DNA from: Acidobacteriota bacterium
GTDB lineage: Bacteria > Acidobacteriota > Blastocatellia > Pyrinomonadales > Pyrinomonadaceae
Length of the DNA: 64,000 bases
Assembly (NCBI GenBank): GCA_031425275.1
Contig: JANPJA010000057.1
Location: 1-64,000 of the forward strand
Direction of reading: 5' to 3'
The notes beneath the pieces are model-generated. The model was not told where the DNA came from. It made no database searches and saw nothing but the letters and a program-made list of their open reading frames with translations. The position numbers and the translations under genes are program-made. This document shows, in pieces, positions 59,112 through 64,000 of the stretch; the first letter of the stretch is position 1, and each line of letters starts with the position of its first letter.

Positions 59112-60749
59112 TTAGGCATACGAGTGGAGGCCGGGAAGCAGGTAGCTGACGCCTAAGTAAGTGAAGATGACGAGCAGGAATGCGACGATGGCGAAATAGG
59201 CCGAGGGCTTGCCCGTCATGCCGCGCGCGATGCGCGAGTGGAGGAAGCCGCCGTAGGTGAGCCACGCCACGAACGCGCCCGTCTCCTTCGAGTCCCAGCC
59301 CCAGTAGCGGCCCCACGACTCGTTGGCCCAGATCGCGCCCGTGATGAGCAGGATGGCGAGGCCGGCGAAGGCGACGCTCGCCGTGCGGTACATCAGCCCG
59401 TCGAGCTTGTCGGCCGAGGGTAAGGCCGCTCGCAGTTTGTCCGTGCGGAAGCTGAAGAGGAGCGCGAAGAAGGTCGCGGCGAAAGCCGTCACGACGGCCG
59501 AGAATTCGACGGGGTTGGCGTTCAAGCTGAGACGAAGCGAAGACCCGCGCTGGCTCAGAAACTCCTCGGTCGTACCGCGCAGCCGCGAGGCCGGTATGGC
59601 CTTCACCTGATCCGGCGACATGCCCTGCTCGCCGGCCATCCACGCGCCGAAGCCTTCGTACTGCGCCGACTCGTAGCACTTGTTTGTGAAGCTGCTCCCG
59701 CCGGGGCACGGGCCGAATTCCCCGCCCTTGATCTGCGCCGCCATCAGCACGATGGCCAACCCCTGCGCGACGAGCGCGCCCACCAAAAGCCGATGCCCCC
59801 ACGCGCGGGCGGCGGCGTCGCCCTTAAACACGTAGCGCGCGTAGAGGAAAATGACGCCCGCCATCAGCAACGCGGCCGCGACGAGCGCGGGGCCGACATA
59901 AGGAATAATGACACGGAACGGGAGCGACATTCGCGAGCCTTCAAAGACGGTCGAGGCCGCGTAGTTTCCCGTCAAAACAATACGGCCGATCTGTCCGCCG
60001 ATGGTCGCGATGACGGCGATGGAAAAGATACTCGACCAGATCGCCATCGACTCCGGCTTCGTCCCGACCTTGAGCAAATAGAGGACGGCGGCGGCGAAGC
60101 AGACGAGCGCGACGCCGTAGGCGATCGAGGCCGTGCCGACGTGGATCGGCCGCCAGTAGGAGTCGAGCACGGGCGGTAAGTTGATGAACTCGCCGCCGAT
60201 GAAGCGCGCGAGGATCAGGATCAGCGCGGCGATCGGCAGGCTGAGCGCGCCGATGAAACGGAAGCTGCGCCGCCCCGAGATCAGCATGGTCGTCAGGCCC
60301 GCGCCCATCGCGAAGGCGAGCGAGAGATCGTAGAGGTTGGCGAAGGGGATGTAGCGCCACACCCACGGCATCTGGTCGGGGCCGTACCCGTTCTTTTGCA
60401 GGATCGCGAGTTCCCTGTCGTGCGCGGCGACCCAGCGGATGAGCCAGCTCGACAAATTGAAAAAATAGCCGAGTCCCGCGCCCCACAACCCGATCTTCTG
60501 CGCCATCCCCGACGGGGCGTAAAGGTTCGTCAGGAGAAAGGCCGCGCCGACGAGATAGCCCGCGAGCGCGAGCATCATCAGCGCGCCGTCGTCGATGAAA
60601 TTCTCCCCGCCCGCCCAGATGCGCCACAGCGTCAACGCGAACGCGCCGACGATGGGGATGAGGGCCGGCAGGTAGGCGCGCAGCGACCACGCGCCGGCGT
60701 CTAGTTTCGGCGCGGTAATTCGCGCCGGCGTATCCATAACTTCACTCAT
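59112..60749 (-). CDS. ccsA: Cytochrome c-type biogenesis protein CcsA/ResC (system II heme handling)
   Basis: The Trp-rich WWD domain (WANESWGRYWGWDSKETGAFVAWL) and a multi-TM topology are present. Its stop/start overlaps the ResB-like gene by 4 nt. Confidence 0.85.
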   Translation of the reverse strand: MSEVMDTPARITAPKLDAGAWSLRAYLPALIPIVGAFALTLWRIWAGGENFIDDGALMMLALAGYLVGAAFLLTNLYAPSGMAQKIGLWGAGLGYFFNLSSWLIRWVAAHDRELAILQKNGYGPDQMPWVWRYIPFANLYDLSLAFAMGAGLTTMLISGRRSFRFIGALSLPIAALILILARFIGGEFINLPPVLDSYWRPIHVGTASIAYGVALVCFAAAVLYLLKVGTKPESMAIWSSIFSIAVIATIGGQIGRIVLTGNYAASTVFEGSRMSLPFRVIIPYVGPALVAAALLMAGVIFLYARYVFKGDAAARAWGHRLLVGALVAQGLAIVLMAAQIKGGEFGPCPGGSSFTNKCYESAQYEGFGAWMAGEQGMSPDQVKAIPASRLRGTTEEFLSQRGSSLRLSLNANPVEFSAVVTAFAATFFALLFSFRTDKLRAALPSADKLDGLMYRTASVAFAGLAILLITGAIWANESWGRYWGWDSKETGAFVAWLTYGGFLHSRIARGMTGKPSAYFAIVAFLLVIFTYLGVSYLLPGLHSYA

Positions 60750-62281
60750 GATTCCACCTCGATGGGTTCACCGGTGATCGCGCTTTTGAGCCGCTTGAAT
60801 CTGTCTTCGAGCGCGACCTGATTGCGGTTGACGCTCGCGCCCATGGTCACCTCGAAGCCCGCGCCGTCGCGCGGCTCGACGAGAGTCCAGAAGCGTTGGT
60901 GCGAGAAAAAGAAAACCATTGATAGCGTCAGGCAAAGCAACGCGCTCCCGACGTAGAAGACGGTCGCGCCGGGGTCTTTCTGGACGGAGAGGACGTGCGC
61001 GTCGGCCACCTTCTCGAAGCTCGCGAGGCGGAACTTGTACCCGCCGACGGCGCGGCCCACGGGCGCGCCCGTGGGTAACTCCTGCGCGAAGGCGAAGGCC
61101 CGCTCCTGCTTGCCGTCGGGCGTGCGCACCAGCAGTTGCGCCGCCGGGTTGTTGTACTCGCCCGAGGCCGTCGTGATCTGACCGCCCTGCATCGTGAAGT
61201 CGGGCTGAAAGCTCAGCAGCTCGATGCGCGTGCCGTCGGGGAGCGTGGCCGAGCCGTCGCGGGGGATGGCGACTTCGACCGGCTGTGCGCCCGACTCGGG
61301 GCTGGCGCGCAAGTTGATCTGGCGGGCGCGGCCGACGTTGATGAAGCTGGCCTGGAAGAAGCGGTAGCCGCGGTAGTCGTGCGGGTTGTTCATGTGGACG
61401 ACGGCCGTGTGCTCGCCCGTCTCGTCCTTGATCTTAATGTGGGTCAGCCAGTCGATGGTGTTGTCGGCCGTGATCGGGCCGTCCAGACGGATGAGCTTCT
61501 GCTGGATGTCAGTGCAAGTCACTTCAAACGGGAGCGGGAGCGACGAGCGGCCCAACTGCAACCCGCGGTCGTCGAGGTTAAAGACCGTCTCGGATATCTG
61601 GGCCGCGCTGTCGCCGGGGGCGAGCGGCATCTGGCCGTTGTGCTCGAACATGTTGGTCAAAAACCCGCCGAGGAAGATCGTCAGCAGCGCGACGTGGACG
61701 GCGTAGGCCCCGAGCCGGTTCCAAGTGTTGCGCTGCGCGAAGACGACCGCCGCCCCGCCCGGCCGCTCCGTCACGCGCGAATGTTTCAGGCCGACGGCCT
61801 TGTAAGCCTCCTCGATCCGCCGGACAGCCCCGTCGCGCGAGTCGGCCGCGAGGTTGAACGAGTCGTGAACCTCCTGCGTCTTGAGCCACGTCCGGCCCGC
61901 GTTGGCCTTCGGCTTGCGGACGTAGGCGAACGCGCCGGGGAAGCGGTCGATGGAGGCGAGCACGATGTTGAGCGAGAGGACGAGCAGGAGCAGGTTGAAG
62001 TACCAGACGTTGTAGATGTCGAACCAGCCGAGCGTGCCGAAGAGGAGCCGCGTGGCGGGCGTCAGGCCGGCGAAGTACAGGTCGAATTTATCGACCTGCT
62101 TCTGCATGACGAGCATTCCGATCATGCTCAGGGCGACGAGCAGCATCAGCATCGTGACGCCGAAGCGCACGGAGCTGAGCAGGTTCAGGACGCGGGTGAT
62201 GACGGACGCCCCGGCGCGTTCGGACTTCGCGGGGGCGGCCTCGACACGTATCTCGGCCTTGGTTTCTTCGAGTGCGGACAT
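60746..62281 (-). CDS. ccsB: Cytochrome c biogenesis protein ResB/CcsB (Ccs1)
   Basis: The N-terminal RFGVTMLMLLVALSMIGMLVMQ TM segment, a large periplasmic domain and C-terminal TM helices are typical of ResB. Confidence 0.85.
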   Translation of the reverse strand: MSALEETKAEIRVEAAPAKSERAGASVITRVLNLLSSVRFGVTMLMLLVALSMIGMLVMQKQVDKFDLYFAGLTPATRLLFGTLGWFDIYNVWYFNLLLLVLSLNIVLASIDRFPGAFAYVRKPKANAGRTWLKTQEVHDSFNLAADSRDGAVRRIEEAYKAVGLKHSRVTERPGGAAVVFAQRNTWNRLGAYAVHVALLTIFLGGFLTNMFEHNGQMPLAPGDSAAQISETVFNLDDRGLQLGRSSLPLPFEVTCTDIQQKLIRLDGPITADNTIDWLTHIKIKDETGEHTAVVHMNNPHDYRGYRFFQASFINVGRARQINLRASPESGAQPVEVAIPRDGSATLPDGTRIELLSFQPDFTMQGGQITTASGEYNNPAAQLLVRTPDGKQERAFAFAQELPTGAPVGRAVGGYKFRLASFEKVADAHVLSVQKDPGATVFYVGSALLCLTLSMVFFFSHQRFWTLVEPRDGAGFEVTMGASVNRNQVALEDRFKRLKSAITGEPIEVES

Positions 62282-62535
62282 CGTGTTGAAGTCTATCTCG
62301 GCAACTTTAACCGTGAAGTAACGGCGATGAAAAATCCTGCCGGCGCGGGCCCGGGCCGCAGGTCATGTAATGACCAAATCATACCTGAGCGCCAACCCTT
62401 TGCGCAAAGTCGTCACCCTCAGAAAATGTCGCCCAAACTCGCGCGTCAATTACGTAATCGCGTGTGCTATCATTCCCGTTGAAAATAACTTCTGACCCGA
62501 TTCTTAAACATTCCACCAGCGAGCATTTCTCGAAG

Positions 62536-63300
62536 ATGAACATCCGCAACCTACTCTTCTGCGTCGGCGGCCTCGCCCTCGGATTCTTCGCCGGTCTCTA
62601 TCTCGCTAACCAAATTAATGTGCCCGCGCGCCCCGCGCCCGACGCATCCGCGGCGGCCTCCGAGGGTGGAGGCACGGCCGGCCCGCTCGACGCCGAAAAA
62701 TCCGGCGGCCCGCTCCCGCCCGGCCACCCCGACATTAGCTCGACCGCCTCGGACGGCTCGCCCGCCGACCCGAACGGCGCGGCCGCGACCAACGCCGACG
62801 CGCAGAAGGCCATGGAAGCGGCCGACCGCCAGACCGGCGACTTCGATCTCCAACGTGAGGCCGCCCGCACCTTCTTCAACCTCCGCGCCTACGATAAGGC
62901 CGCGCTCTATCTCGACCGCGCGCTCAAGCTCAGGCCGAAGGACGCGGACGCGCTCGTCCTCGCGGGTAACAACAAGTATGACGCGGGCGACTACCCGGCC
63001 GCCGCCGCCTTTTACGAGCGCGCCCTCGCCGTCAAACCCGGCGACGCGGACGTGCTGGGCGATCTCGGCAACACCTACTACCAGCGGCAGCCGCCCGATT
63101 ACGCGCGAGCCGTGGAGGAGTATCGAAAGGCCGTCGCCATTAATCCCCGCCACGAGGTTTCCTTGCAGAACATGGCCTCGGCCTCCGTCAAGTTGGGCGA
63201 CAAGGCGGCGGCACAAGAAGCGGTTGAAAAACTAGCCGCCGCCAACCCCGCTAACCGATTCATCGAGCCACTCCGCGCCGCCGTCGCACAGATGCCGTGA
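62536..63300 (+). CDS. TPR-repeat membrane-anchored protein (paralogue of 58291..59007)
   Basis: Start chosen at MNIRNLLFCVGGLALGFFAG (TM helix). TPR repeats are present in the C-terminal half. Confidence 0.65.
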   Translation: MNIRNLLFCVGGLALGFFAGLYLANQINVPARPAPDASAAASEGGGTAGPLDAEKSGGPLPPGHPDISSTASDGSPADPNGAAATNADAQKAMEAADRQTGDFDLQREAARTFFNLRAYDKAALYLDRALKLRPKDADALVLAGNNKYDAGDYPAAAAFYERALAVKPGDADVLGDLGNTYYQRQPPDYARAVEEYRKAVAINPRHEVSLQNMASASVKLGDKAAAQEAVEKLAAANPANRFIEPLRAAVAQMP

Positions 63301-63455
63301 GTAGCTGTCAGCTATTAGCTGTTAGCTGTTAGCTCAGCAACGAACCAAGAAGTGAATTCAAAAGGCGTTAGGCACTCTGATTCAGAGTGCCTAACGCCAT
63401 TCCTTTTGGCTAACAGCTAACGGCTAACAGCTAACGTCTAACAGTTAACAGCTAG
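63301..63455. repeat. Heptamer-repeat hairpin element, AGCTGTT family, with a nested perfect 16-bp hairpin (bidirectional terminator-like)
   Basis: gtagctgtcagctattagctgttagctgttagct ... ggcgttaggcactctga ttc agagtgcctaacgcc ... gctaacagctaacggctaacagctaacgtctaacagttaacagct read directly. Confidence 0.8.
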
Positions 63456-63462
63456 AAGCTTT

Positions 63463-64000
63463 TCACAAATTCGGGCTGCGCGGAAACTTCACGAACGGCA
63501 GGCGGACGCCGCGGACGAATAATTGATCGGAGCGGATCGGGGCGGGGGCGGCGAAGCCGGTGCTGCCGGCGGCCGCGATCAGGTCGTCCTGATCGATGCC
63601 GTCGCCGCTGATGCCGACGGCCCCGACCAGCTCGCCGTCCTTGTAGAGCGGGACGCTGCCCGCGAAAATTTGTAGCCCGTTCGGCAGACTCGGGATGTTT
63701 GAGCAGGGCACGTTGGCCGGCATCGAGGGCGGGGCCGCGAGAGTCTGCACCAAGTTGTCCCTGATCAGATCGAGTTGCAGGCCGAGATTAAAGATGCTCC
63801 ACCGACTGATGGGCGTGCTGAACGGTCCCGGCGGCTCGCCGTCGATGCCGTCGGGGTAAAATGGGCGGTGCAAAAAGCCGATGGCGCGGTCGCTGTGGGC
63901 TATTGTGCCGTCGAGCGCGAGGCCGTCGGCCGCGGCGCGCTCGGCGTATCCCGCCAGACCAGCGCCGCGCAGCAGCGCGCCCGCGTTGTGGCGCGAGAAG
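63463..64000 (-). CDS. GlcG/HbpS-like (DUF336) heme-binding-domain protein, partial (gene continues past the window end)
   Basis: The open frame is continuous to position 64000. The LYKDGELVGAVGISGDGIDQDDLIAAAG motif resembles the GlcG/DUF336 signature. Confidence 0.45.
   Translation of the reverse strand, partial: FSRHNAGALLRGAGLAGYAERAAADGLALDGTIAHSDRAIGFLHRPFYPDGIDGEPPGPFSTPISRWSIFNLGLQLDLIRDNLVQTLAAPPSMPANVPCSNIPSLPNGLQIFAGSVPLYKDGELVGAVGISGDGIDQDDLIAAAGSTGFAAPAPIRSDQLFVRGVRLPFVKFPRSPNL

Overview
This is 64 kb of high-GC (about 65-68%) bacterial chromosome. The organism cannot be named from sequence alone. A contiguous nuo operon, many multiheme cytochromes, a PD40/Big_2/lamin-tail giant surface protein and TPR-rich membrane proteins fit a soil Acidobacteriota-like lineage, but that is a guess.

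Gene content, in order along the window:
- A POT-family peptide permease and a secreted dipeptidyl-peptidase IV (S9B) pair.
- Two secreted hypothetical proteins, one of them Cys-rich with EF-hand/dockerin-like Ca loops.
- A fused homocysteine S-methyltransferase/MTHFR gene behind a promoter/hairpin leader.
- A low-GC (about 50%) three-gene island of unknown function at 9.0-12.4 kb.
- A 1763-aa surface protein with PD40, Big_2 and three lamin-tail domains.
- thiG, a flotillin-like SPFH protein, thiS, then a 13-gene NADH:quinone oxidoreductase operon nuoABCDEFGHJKLMN with no nuoI.
- A glutamine amidotransferase-like / YbdK carboxylate-amine ligase / PilZ / circularly permuted ATP-grasp cluster.
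- An ECF sigma, anti-sigma and PDZ-protease-like operon.
- A redox cluster with a cNMP-binding polyferredoxin membrane protein, an FHA-domain multiheme cytochrome and an Fe-S/FAD oxidoreductase.
- Three more multiheme cytochromes c, TPR membrane proteins and system II cytochrome c biogenesis genes (ResB/CcsB, CcsA).

The most striking sequence-level feature is a set of related intergenic hairpin elements whose arms are tandem 7-nt repeats (CAGTTGT/CCGTGGT, GTCACCC/GTCACGG, CTCTGCG, CACTGAC, CAGTTTT, AGCTGTT). They fill nearly every intergenic gap of the nuo operon and several other gaps, and often end exactly at the next start codon.

No CRISPR array, tRNA, rRNA, transposase or integrase was recognised. 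Many ORFs in the six-frame track are antisense or out-of-frame artefacts of the high GC content and are not reported as genes.
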